64,000 bases of DNA from Takakia lepidozioides. Taxonomy: Eukaryota > Plantae > Bryophyta. The stretch is from NCBI GenBank assembly GCA_030704615.1, contig CM060731.1, positions 84,940,001 through 85,004,000 of the forward strand, written 5' to 3'. The position numbers and the translations under genes are program-made. The notes beneath the pieces were generated by a model. It was not told the origin of the DNA and ran no database searches. It saw nothing but the letters and a program-made list of their open reading frames with translations. This document shows positions 22,990 through 34,062 of the stretch, piece after piece (position 1 is the first letter of the stretch; the number at the start of each line of letters is the position of its first letter).

Positions 22990-25900
22990 CGATTTCGATA
23001 AGAGGGGAAAACAGGGTGAAATGTTTTGAAGACACTTCATCTGCCCAGACAATCTTCTCAGCTCAGCATGGATTTCCTTAATTCTGGGATGCAACCTGTC
23101 ATCTACAGCGAAGGTGTGCACCCTTGTTGCAAATCTCAATGCAGCAGCGACTTGGCTCCTTTCTAACCCCTCTAACCTTCATCATTCTTCTCACCAACTC
23201 CTGCTTTTGTGATGCAACCATGCACCCCTTTGCTCATTTCCAAGGCTGCCAGGCTTGCAAACACACAGACGTGATGTGGTTGGGCTTCACCCCTTCCCCC
23301 ATCATTTGCTCATAGGTCTCCAAAGCCTCCATCCCACGCCCCTGTTGTGCATACCCTGCAAGCATCGCATTCCACGACACCACATTTCATTCAACGATAT
23401 TGTTGAACACTGCCTTTGCATCCTTGATGCTCTCACATTTGGCATACATGTCCATGAGGGCATTGTTCATAATAACATCGGGTACAATTCCAGCTTTGAC
23501 GATGTCATCATGGACCTCTTTCCCCTTTTCCAGGGCTCCCAAACGTGCACACGCAATGCAAACACAAACTAAGGTGATGTGGTTGGGCTTCACCCCTTCG
23601 CAAAGTACACATAAGTTCTTTGCTTTGCATCCTCAAAGCACCCACATTTGGCATACATGTCGACCAGGGCAGAGTTCAGAATGACATCTGGTACAATTCC
23701 AGTTTTGCCATTGTCACCATGGACCTCTTTACCCTTTTCTAGGGTTCACAATGACATCTAATACAATTCCAGCTTTTGCACCCATTCTGCTAAAGAAGTT
23801 TTACTTGAAGTTTATCTCACGCTTATGAGACGTTCATACACATGAGCAAACGAGCTATGATAAAACCATCAAGACAGTTTAACGGCAGTGGCAACATACA
23901 GACGCACAAATTGCAAATGCACAAACGTGATGTGGTCGGGCTTCACTCCTTCGCACATCATTTGCTCATACGTCTCCAAAGCCACCATCCCGCGCCCCTG
24001 CTGTGCATATTCTGCAACATCGTGTTCCACGACACCACATTTCATTCAGCCATATGGTCGAACACTCCCCTTTGCATGCTCGATGCTCCCACATTTGGCA
24101 TACATGTCCACCAAGGTATTGTTCAGGATCACATCTGGTACGATTCTAGCTCTGACGATGTCATTCAGCCTGCATATTGTTGAAAACTGCCTTTGCATCT
24201 TTAATGCACCCACATTTGGCATACATATTGTCCACCAGGGCAGTGTTCAGAATGACATCTGCTACAATTCCAGCTTTGACGAGGTCATCATGGACCTCTT
24301 TCCCCTTTTCCAGGGCTCCCAGGCTTGCATACACATTGCAAATGCAACCGAACGCGATGTGGTTAGGCTTCACCCCTTCGCGCATCATTTGCTCATACGC
24401 CTGTACCTCTGTTTACCAACTTTGAAAGTCTCGAGGCTGAACCTCATCTTGAGTTAAAATTACAGTAGTGTCAAGGCTGCCCTTCACTCATCCAGGTTAC
24501 AAACCGGAAATGAGTTCAGGGTTTTATGCCTAACTGTTGTTTGGACATTCTGCATTCTTCCAACATGGCCTTGGACACGTCAGCTTTCCAAGTTAACTTT
24601 CAAGTCAACTTCATCTTAGTAGGGTCAGTTCCTCTTGCCTAATATTCAGGCACTTGAAATCTCCTCTTCCCGTTCTGCCAGGACTTCACCTGTTGGACTG
24701 GATGTTGGCAGATCCACTATTTTCCTCTCCAGACACAAAACCAATAGCCAACTTCTCACTGTGGTGGCAAACAGAAAATTCCTTTTCCTCCTCTCCCACA
24801 TCATGCAATACAAAGAGCGTGTCAGGCACATACCCCGCCTCCTTTCATCTGCCCAGACTCAACTCAGCATGGATTTCCTTAATTCTGGGATGACATCTAC
24901 AGCGACCTGGCTCCTTTCTAACTCCTCTAACCTTCATCATTCTTCTCACCTTTGCAGTATTATCCCAATTACCAGCTGCAGCATAGATGGTTGATAGCAA
25001 CACATAAGTCGCGACATCCTAGTGTTCATCCCATTTGAGGATAGATGTTGCCGCACGTTTACCCATCTCCACATTGTCATGGATTCTGCAGGCACCAAGC
25101 AAGGCCTTCCACACCACAACGTCTGGATTGATTGGCATCTTATTAATCAGATCCACTGCCTCATCTAGTTGTCCCGCACGTCCAAGAAGGTCCACCATAC
25201 ACCCAAAGTGCTTCACTGTCGGAGTGACACCATGATCTTGATTTCCTTCATTCAGTAGGCCAGAGTGGCTGCATGCAGAGAGAACACATATAAAGGTGAT
25301 ACTGTCCGGCTTCAAGCCATTATTTTGCATTCCCTCGAATAGTTGTAGGACTTCCCTATGACACCATGCTGGGCATATCCTGCGAACATCGCGTTCCACG
25401 ACACCACATTTCGTCACCATGGACCTCTTTTCCCTTTTCCAGGGCTGCCAGGCTTGCACAGGCATTGCAAACGGAAACAAACGTGATGTGGTCGGGCTGC
25501 ACCTCTTACCCCATCATTTGCTCATAGGTCTCCAAAGCCTCCATCCCGCGCCCTTGCTGTGCATATCCTGCAATCATCGCACTCCACGACACCAAATCTC
25601 GTTCAGCCATACTGTCAAACACTCCCTCCGCATCCTCAATGCACCCACATTTTGCATACATGCCCACGAGGATATCGTTCAGAATCACATCTGGTACAAT
25701 TCCAGCTTTTGCGATACAACCATGCACCTCTTTGCCCTTTTCCAGGGCTGCCAGGCTTGCAAATGCACATATGTGATGTGGTCGGGCTTCACCCCTTCCA
25801 CCATCATTTGCTCATAGGTCTCCAAAGCATTCGTACCACACCCATGCTTGGTAAACCCCACCAACATAATATTCCAAGTGATCAAAGATGGTTGAGGCAT

Positions 25901-26410
25901 TCCGTTGAACACTTGGCGAGCATCCATGATCCTCCCGCACTTAACATACATGTTGACAAGGGTGTTGAGTGTTTGCCTTTCATCTTGCACCTATGCAAGA
26001 GATCCACCAGGGCATTGTTCCGAATGACATCTGGTACAATTCCAGCTTTGACGATGTCGCCATGGGCCCCTTTGCCCTTTTCCAGGGCTGCCAGACTTGC
26101 ACACACATTGCAGACGCAAACGAACGTGATGTGGTTGGGCTTCACCCCTTCCCCCCTCCACCCCATCATGGACATACCCTAAGTTAATCGACTCTATCTT
26201 GGAAGCAGGATTGCCCTGTCAAACAGGTTAAGTCCTGGCGGAAGAAGCGGTTTTCAGGGATCTGATTCTGAGTCCGCAAGTCTTGACCCTGCTGGATAAT
26301 TCTGACCTGGAGGCTGTGGGGTCCAAAGCCATGTCTGTTGCCAGGATCTTGATTTCCTTAGGCCAGAGTGGCTGCATGCGGAGAGAACACATATAAAGGT
26401 GATACGATGG
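22990..26410 (-). pseudogene. Scrambled PLS-class PPR gene fragments with E/E+ domain remnants
   Basis: Repeated GVKPNHITFVCVCNVCASLAALEKGK.VH, NALMDMYAKC, DLVSWSAMIAGYAQQG, HFGCMVDLLGRAGQLDEA..VWKALLGACRIH. Many frameshifts and internal duplications. Confidence 0.9.
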
Positions 26411-27128
26411 AGGATTCAACCAACCCCGAATCCAAATAACCTCTAGTGTGCGCTGTTTAGGTGTGTAGTCCGATGATCTTGGGTGGGTCTGTGAGAACCA
26501 CCACGGAGCTGCTGAGCAGCCATAGTTTCAAGACGGCCTCCCAAAACCAAGAAGACCCTCCCAAGTACCTTGTAAACACCAAGAAAAACCCTTGCGCAAT
26601 GCAATTTCATGGCCTGTTTAGGAACAACAACCTATGATACAGACAGGGACAGCCACTTTTGCAGAACAGAAAATCTTCTTCACATCATGTAAGAAGAAAG
26701 CCCACACCTTGCTATGTAGGTTGTCCCACTATTGTGAAGGATAAATATGCTCACCTTTTTTCCTCTGGAGAACGCTCTCCTGGATGCGCCGTTTAAAGAA
26801 ATGCCCTCCGCACAGTCGAGCTCTTTCTAACCCTTCTTGACACTTCATGGCTGTATATTATAGATCGTCTCGGCAAGCCAAACCTAGCTAAACCTGTTCT
26901 AAATGCCAGGCCTTATCAACCTATGTAGCCATTGCGCTCTCTCTCTCTCTCTCCTTTGAACATCAAACAGAAGCAGGGAGGAAAAGGGTCAGTCTCGACG
27001 AAGTACCGTTCAAGAAGTTATTTTCGGATTTTTCGGGCAATCCGGGCAAATAGAAAGAAATTGACGACGTACGAAACATGGCGATGATGACGTGGCACTA
27101 TGGTACCCTATTCCTGCTCTACGCTAAA

Positions 27129-27156
27129 CTAGCTCTCGACCTTCGGTCGTCGCTAG
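27129..27156 (+). mobile_element. Possible Helitron-like 3' terminus
   Basis: GC hairpin CGACC-TTC-GGTCG followed by CTAG. The next base is A rather than the canonical T. Confidence 0.3.
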
Positions 27157-27829
27157 AATAATATCGCAATAGTATCGTCAATGACAGCTTATATTCTGTG
27201 AATATATATAAATATTTGTATTTGCCTAAAGCCACTCATAACCTTCGTCGGAAATAGGTGTGTTCGCTGCAAAAAATGTGAAATCTGTGTGATATTAACC
27301 TCTTTGATCGATACTTTCCACCTCACCAGAGTGTCGAGAGGTTTCACAAGGATACCAGTATTTATATAATGAGTATACTGTTTATAAAATATGATTAATT
27401 AATGTAACCTTCTCAGACCCATGGTTTCTTGAATACCAAGGTGCATATCTACTACTAATCTGACTAGCGCAATGATAGTTTGTAGATGTCGTTGCAGCCA
27501 ATTGTGGAGGAGTAAGATCTCGCATACCCAGTCTGTTCTGTCTTTTGAATGAGGACAGTCTGCTCGGTCTGCCCACTCAGCCCTGATTCTGCTCAATCTG
27601 CCTGAGTCTGCTGAGTCTGCTCATTATGCCGAGTCTGTTGGGTGATGAGTCTTCTGAGTCTGCTGAGTTGCGACTCTGCCGAGTCGGCTGAGTGTAGTGG
27701 GACCCGTGCAGTGTGGGAGTCTATAGAATCTGCTAGAGAGGCAATTGGAGTGGTTTGCTGAGTGGACTGTTGCCGTGAGACTCATGAGATTCGTCTTGCA
27801 GGGCGCACTGGAGTGTTGTTGTCATCGAC

Positions 27830-28225
27830 GTGTGGAAAGGCTGCTACACTCACATGAACTCCATCGAGTCTTTCCATGGTTGCCCATATGTTTTGTCATG
27901 GATACGGAAGCTGCATGCAGAGTGTTTAGGCTACAGTGTTGATTCACCGGGTTGGGAGGAGGTTAGGGCATTTCAGTTCAACCAGCCTGAAGTGCCCCAA
28001 CAGCCATTCAGCTGGGAATGCGGGTTTTACGTCATGTCCTTCATCCAAGGATATTATGAATGGCTACAAACTGGGCATACTCAAACCTCTTCTAAAAGGG
28101 CAGAGAGAGGAGTATCTTTCACGAAACACTGGTTTACGTTCAAGTTTGCACTTGGCCAACGGATGCAGTGTCTTAAGTACATCTTGACTGGTTTGAGTGC
28201 TGCTGAGAAAGCAGTATCCTCATAG
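27830..28225 (+). pseudogene. Ulp1-like (C48) protease C-terminal fragment
   Basis: VPQQPFSWECGFYVMSFI matches the PQQxxxxDCGxY catalytic-Cys motif. Ulp1 domains are known MULE cargo. Confidence 0.7.
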
Positions 28226-28880
28226 ATATCCATTTGGGCCCGAGATTAGAGGTGCATCATAGGACGCATTTATCATGTAAGCATGCTTTTGAGCATTTAC
28301 AACGAAATAAAATATGACTTTGTATACACATCCTATTGGTCGCATATGAGTGCAGTGTGGAGTAGTCGTTGTAGATTTGTGACCAATTCACTGCATGTGG
28401 TTAAGCGGACTTACCTCTGCACACACAATCATTTTGTTTAACATACCAATGGAGTCCACTGGTCAGCAAACAGCCGAGAGTCAGCAGACTGCCAGAGTAC
28501 GGGAAGAGGGTATGCCTAGGCTTGTGAGCAGATAGATGGCAATGTCGCCAGACTGACGAGAGTCCGACAGACTGAGGAGTTGGGACCAGTCCGGCAGACT
28601 GGCAGATGCGATTGGGAACCATGAGTCTGCACTGGTGAGCAGACTGTCGAGAGTCGCCAGAGTGGTATAGGACAGGCGGATGGCATTGGCCAGTAGACTG
28701 CCAAGTCTGGTCAGCAGAGTAATGAGAGTCCACCGTGCTGAGAATGGCCAGTCTGATGGGCAGACCACATGAGGCTCACTGGTCAGCCAGGTGCAGGCAC
28801 ATTCAAAACCGGGAGACTGGTCTGCTCAAGAGAAGGCTGGCACATCAGACTGTTTGAAGACTGAGTCCCAGCCTGGTACG

Positions 28881-29012
28881 GCAGACTGGTTCAGATACCA
28901 GAAGAGTGGTTGAGCAGACTGGTTCAGACACCAGAAGACTGGTTGAGCAGACTGGATCAGACGGTAGAAGACTGATTGAGCAGACTGGTTCAGACGCCAG
29001 AAGACTGGTTTA
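28881..29012. repeat. 33-bp tandem repeat x4
   Basis: GCAGACTGGTTCAGACACCAGAAGACTGGTTGA units. Confidence 0.9.
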
Positions 29013-29120
29013 CCAGGCTGGTTGGCAGGCAGGTTGGACGTCTGGTACACATGCAATCGTACCGCCGAAATTTTATTTCATGGGGAGAATGATACTGTAC
29101 CATTTCTTACATTTCCTACT

Positions 29121-29830
29121 CTACTTTAAATCTGGTATACGGTTTGCGACTCTCCGGATTGTGGAGTATATGTGTGCTGCAGGTGTTGGGGCACCAACCC
29201 TCTTCCATGTTTTGCGTAAGACCCTGGGTCGCGTTTTCCATGCCTCAACGAAATCCCGTTTCCTTTTCAGCGACATATTGTTGTTGTCATTTACAGGATG
29301 GAAGCTCTTTGATGCCGCAAGGTGCAGCATTCCTGCAGCACTCTTGGCGAGAATATCAACAAGCTGCCCCCTACAGATACGAAGAAAAGACAAAACATGT
29401 TTCTGCAGGTATTTGTCGTCCCCAACAATGTGAAGTATGTCTGCAAATTCTTCATCTATGGAGGATGGTACGAGGACAGGCTCCGCATCATAGGGGAAGT
29501 CATTTGTGGAAGGGCCCTCTGTTGCATTTCCCAAACCCTTTTCGTCGCCGATACTTGCATGAATCCTAAACACATTAAGCAATCCTCCATGAATGGTTCC
29601 CAGCGCCGTGCCACAAGCGCGCACTATGAGTCCATCCTGCACGTGTGGATGAAGCAACTTCAGGACTCGGACTGGATGCTTGCACAAATTGCCCTTCATT
29701 GCCCATGGGCAAGTGCAAGAAGCCCATTCGCATCCGGGGTTGTAAACAATGTAAATTGTGTTTGGGTGATTGGTGCTTAGAACATAGGCTGGTTGCCCAG
29801 GATGGAATGGAAGATTGACATTGCAAGCTG
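29121..29830 (-). pseudogene. C-terminal fragment of a SWIM-finger (MULE-type) protein
   Basis: CTCPWAMKGNLCKH SWIM motif at ~29680-29715, convergent with the Ulp1 fragment. Confidence 0.65.
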
Positions 29831-29929
29831 GGAATGATGAAAGAGAAGCTAGACTCCAGAGATATTCAGCAAAAAGAGAAAGTTATCTGAAAGCTAATTA
29901 TCCATATCTTTGGGAGAGAGGAATAGACA

Positions 29930-30530
29930 AAGTAGGCCACTAGTAACCTGCAAGTAGTCTCTTCTCCAAAATGACCTCCAGCCACTCCTTTATGAACTTC
30001 CTCCAAAACTTTATTTACTTCATGGTGGTACAAGCATCGTTTAAGTACTCCATCAGGTCCTTGCTTATACATTCTGCCCCCTACCATAGTATATGGTAAA
30101 GCCTTGATAGCGATTCTCTTCCTCTGCTCCTTTCCATAACTAGGTGGGCGCTGACCATGAGTAAGGTAGTATCTGATTGGTCACTGCCAATCTAACCAGT
30201 CATCTGCACTTCCCTGCACCTCCACTACAAATAAACTTGCATCGGGTAATTGGTCGTCTACTCCTGTGGCGGGCTCTCCTGTTGAAAGGCGTGACAAGTG
30301 ATCTGCCACAAGATGCAAATGGCCAGGCTTGTAAACAACTTCGAACTCAAACTCGTGCAAAATTATTAACCACCTTGCTATCCTTCCACTTATCAAAGGT
30401 TTGTTCACCAGATATATCAGAGCTTGGTGATCCACGTAAAACATAAACTTTCTTCCCAATAGGTAATGCCTGAATTTCTTGACTGCATAAATCATTGCCA
30501 GTGCTTCTCTTTCAGTTGTGCTATAGTTCC
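29930..30530 (-). pseudogene. Ty3/gypsy pol fragment (RNase H to integrase Zn finger)
   Basis: NYSTTEREALAMIYAVKKFRHYLLG..DHQAL..ADHLSR; VHKGVAGGHFG. Confidence 0.9.
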
Positions 30531-31544
30531 TGTTAGAGGGCTGCTTGGGACTTAGACGCTTTTACGGGTTCTGTGGGGTACCCTTAATTTTTGCGCAGAC
30601 TGAGACCAACAGGAGCCTTACAGGTGGCAGCAGCAGGCTTTAGGGGGGGTTACACAGCCAACACAGCCAGTAACAGCCAGTCACAGCCAACACAGCCCGA
30701 CACAGTCCGACACAGCCGACACAGCCCGTCACAGCCAGTCACAGCCAATCACAGCCAATCACAGCCCGCCACAGCTTCGCACAGCCCGTCACAGCCAGTC
30801 ACAGCCGCCACAGCTTCGCACAGCTCGACACAGCCGACATAGCCAGTCACAGCCCGACACAGCCTTACACAGCCAGTCACAGCTTGGCACAGCTTGACAC
30901 AGCCTATCACAGTACATTGGGAACAGTTATCATTGGCAGGGAACGACTGTGAGGAAACGACATCTGCAGAAGGAACGTATTACTATAGGGATGACGGTTA
31001 ATTAGTTAGGTGGTTAGAACAGCTTGCGGTCGAGATAAGGGGAATGGCAACGGAAAGAGGAGACACTTCACGGGGAGCGCTTCTTGGTCATGTATGAGAG
31101 GAGATCAGGCGGAGAGCAAGAACGAGAGCACGGAGAAGGAGGAGAGATGAACAGTAGATGCTTGTTATATGCAAAGCTGTAGTGAAACTGTAGGGCAGAT
31201 TAGAGTCACCCTGGCATTGGCCTGATACCTGATAAATCATAATCTGATACTTATTCGATACAAGCACACTGTGTAGAGAGACATGAGTGAAGCTGTGAAA
31301 TGAATGCATGATTAATTGGAATTAAGTAGATAATGAAGCAATCTGATGCTTCAGTATCAGATAAGGTGAATTGATAACATGAAGGCAAGAAGGAATACAA
31401 ATGGGAAGCACAACCATGATTCACTAGCTATAGATCATGACTGATTGTACTGAGCGGGCTCAGTACTTAGAAATATCCAACTCTTCTATCTTGGAGTTTC
31501 CACCTTAGATAGCAAAGGGATGGGTGAGTATAAGCCGCTCGACA
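30531..31544 (+). mobile_element. 5' LTR (~1014 bp) of a gypsy-type element, with internal CACAGCC repeats
   Basis: TGTT..GACA ends, homologous to 55437-56446, followed by a PBS. Confidence 0.85.
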
Positions 31545-31546
31545 TT

Positions 31547-31564
31547 TGGCGACCATACTGGGGA
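31547..31564 (+). promoter_or_regulatory. Primer-binding site (possibly tRNA-Arg)
   Basis: TGGCGACCATACTGGGG starts 2 nt after the LTR end. Confidence 0.7.
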
Positions 31565-33112
31565 GCTGGGTCATGAACAGCCAGATATGACAGGCATCTG
31601 GTGGGATCATGGTGGTTGGAGAATTAAAGAATTTGATGTGAATCAAATTCCCTGTAAAACTGAGAAGGAAAGATTGTCCAAACAATTCTTTCAGAGGTTC
31701 TTGGAATTGCCAGACGGTTGTAAAGAAAACATTCTTAAGAGAGTGCATGATGTTGACCCTCAGTGCGGTCTGGAAAAAGGGGTGATAAAGATTTATCAAG
31801 TGGCTTGTAGAGGAAGAGCACGTTGGTTACCAACACTGGTTTATGTGATAGCATTGCTATCCATTAAGCGAGTAGAGTTTGAAGGCTCGGAGGAAAGGAA
31901 GGTGAATGTTTATACTCATATGCATGAAGAGCTTGTACTGGTAAAGAATTGGATTCCAAAGGATATTATGTGGATCAAACTCACACCAAGAACAGCTTTC
32001 CAGACTTGTTTGCCATATGGCTATATGGTATCGGAGACTTCTAGTATAGCCAAGGGTGCATTGAAGCTTGAAAGAAACCCAAGCATATACGAGAGATATT
32101 ACAGAAGAGAGTTTTGGTTATTGCCACATTAAAAGAAATGAAAGACATGGGACATGAGTGATGAAAGAGAAGCTAGACTCCAGAGATATTCAGTAAAAAG
32201 AGAAAGTTATCTGAAAGCTAATTATCCATATCTTTGGGAGAGAGGAATAGACATAGGGGAATCATCTGGACCTCTCACACCATTAAGATCAGAGAGTACA
32301 TCACCCATACCGGAATCTTTTTCTTTGCAAGAAAGATTAAGGGAATTGGTACGGAAAAAAGATCAACGACGAGGTGAAAGATCTGAGGTACATCCTTGGA
32401 TAAAAGATTTGACAGAAATCTTTGATAAGATTGGCATGGAACACCACAAGCAGGAACTCCAGTTTCTGAAACGGAAGGTGAAGAAGGAGGAGAGGATGTG
32501 GCAGAGCCAACGGAGAGTTCAGACTCTCCAACACCATTGCAGTTGAGTTACATGAATGAAGAAGAAACCCAAGGGCAGAACTTGGAGGATGAAAACAGAG
32601 AGAAGAAATTGGAAGAGGAAGAGTATGGAGAAGTAGACCCAACAGCTGAGGTTGAGACTACGACCAGGACATCCCAACCCGTTGGACCTGGATCAAGTGG
32701 AGCACTTGGATCACAGGCCAACGAAGGTGTCGGCTCAGGGGGATCAGGCGGGTAGCCTGGATCTGGCTCTGGGGGGACAAGGAGTGTGGGAAGTAGTGCA
32801 ACTGGAGCTGGGAATACTTTGAATATAGTGGGGCCAGTAGCAGGGAGTGCTCAGGGGCCACCACTTGGTGGAAGATCCACCACAACAACAACAGGTCCTC
32901 AAGGACCAGCACCAGCAAGGGGGCCAGCATCTGTCAGTGGGCAGAAGGTAGGGCCACAGATGGCATTACAACCAACACGGGCAAAACCACCTTTTCCAAT
33001 ATATTCAGGAAAAAGGGATCCTGATGTACACATTAGCCAATTTGAGCACATGTGTATAGTGAACAATGAGAATGGCGATGATGCCAAGATGAGATTGTTT
33101 CCTTGTTCACTT
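31565..33112 (+). pseudogene. Retrotransposon 5' extra ORF(s) and truncated gag
   Basis: ORFs 31524-32132 and 32154-32546 precede gag-like PIYSGKRDPDVHISQFEHMC..KMRLFPCSLKGKA, which is cut at 33113. Confidence 0.75.
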
Positions 33113-34062
33113 AAGGGAAAAGCCAAGAAGAGGGCTGCCGGTACAGAGCCTAAAGACACCCCTGGTTTTGAAGCCATGATGGAATTCTTCACGGCTGTGA
33201 GCACGAATTGCAAGAGCACTCGGGGGGGGTTGAGGTGGAGAGAGCTTGCGACATGATTCTCCTCGACATTCCAGATGGGGAGCTGCTGGAGGGCCTGGAT
33301 GGTGTGCCCACCTGGAACAGGTTTACTGAGGACTACTGGAAAGCCGGGTTTGGGCTGGCGGGGATGCTTCTGGATGACGGTGGATGTGTGGTTGTCCTTG
33401 CCACGAGAGGGAAGACCACAGAGAATGCGGTGGCAAGGTGGACACCGAAAAGTGTCACCCCGGTCCTCCTCAGAAAATGGTTCTGCATCAGTACGCAGGG
33501 GTTGCGAACAGAGGGCCAAAGTGTAAGTTATCAATCTATTGCATTCACTTCATATTGTGGTGTATGTTAAGTAGACCCTGGAATTGATCCCTTCTTTGTT
33601 GGATGTGCAGACATTGGTGTTTGAGGCATATTGCTTTGTGAAGAGAGGGTCTACGTTCAAATTCCGCAACGACGGTCGTCTTGTTGATGCCGCTGTGGAC
33701 CCTGTAACCTACGATGTCCTCTACAACTATGTGCCCCACTCTAGTATGCCGAAGGACACAAAGACAGGCAAACCGTGGCGGTACAGCCGGACCTGAAGCC
33801 CTGCTTTCATCCAAACCCTCATGGAGACGTGCTCGGATGTCCAAGGGCGGATTCTGGACCTCACATGCGGCACGGGTAAGCCTTCACGTGCTCAGTTTGT
33901 CCCCTGGCCCCATTGCAATTGCATGCCGCAAGCTATTAACCGCCCGCTTTGTTCCTCAGGTGCTTCAATGTGGGCAGGGACGTTGTCCGACAGGCATGTG
34001 TTCGCCTTCGAGCCAGATACTGCCCTCCACAACTCGGAACTTGCAGCGGCTGAACGTCTGCC
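33113..34062 (+). pseudogene. Flipped terminal piece of element A copy 2 (direct copy of 13847-14797, MTase exons)
   Basis: Near-identical to 13847-14797, with a 1-bp loss in a G-run and a CGA>TGA stop at 33794-33796. Confidence 0.92.

Noticed and set aside
32786-33570. Functional gag-MTase fusion gene
   Set aside because: There is a frameshift at the G-run near 33225, a stop at 33794-33796, and truncation at 34062.
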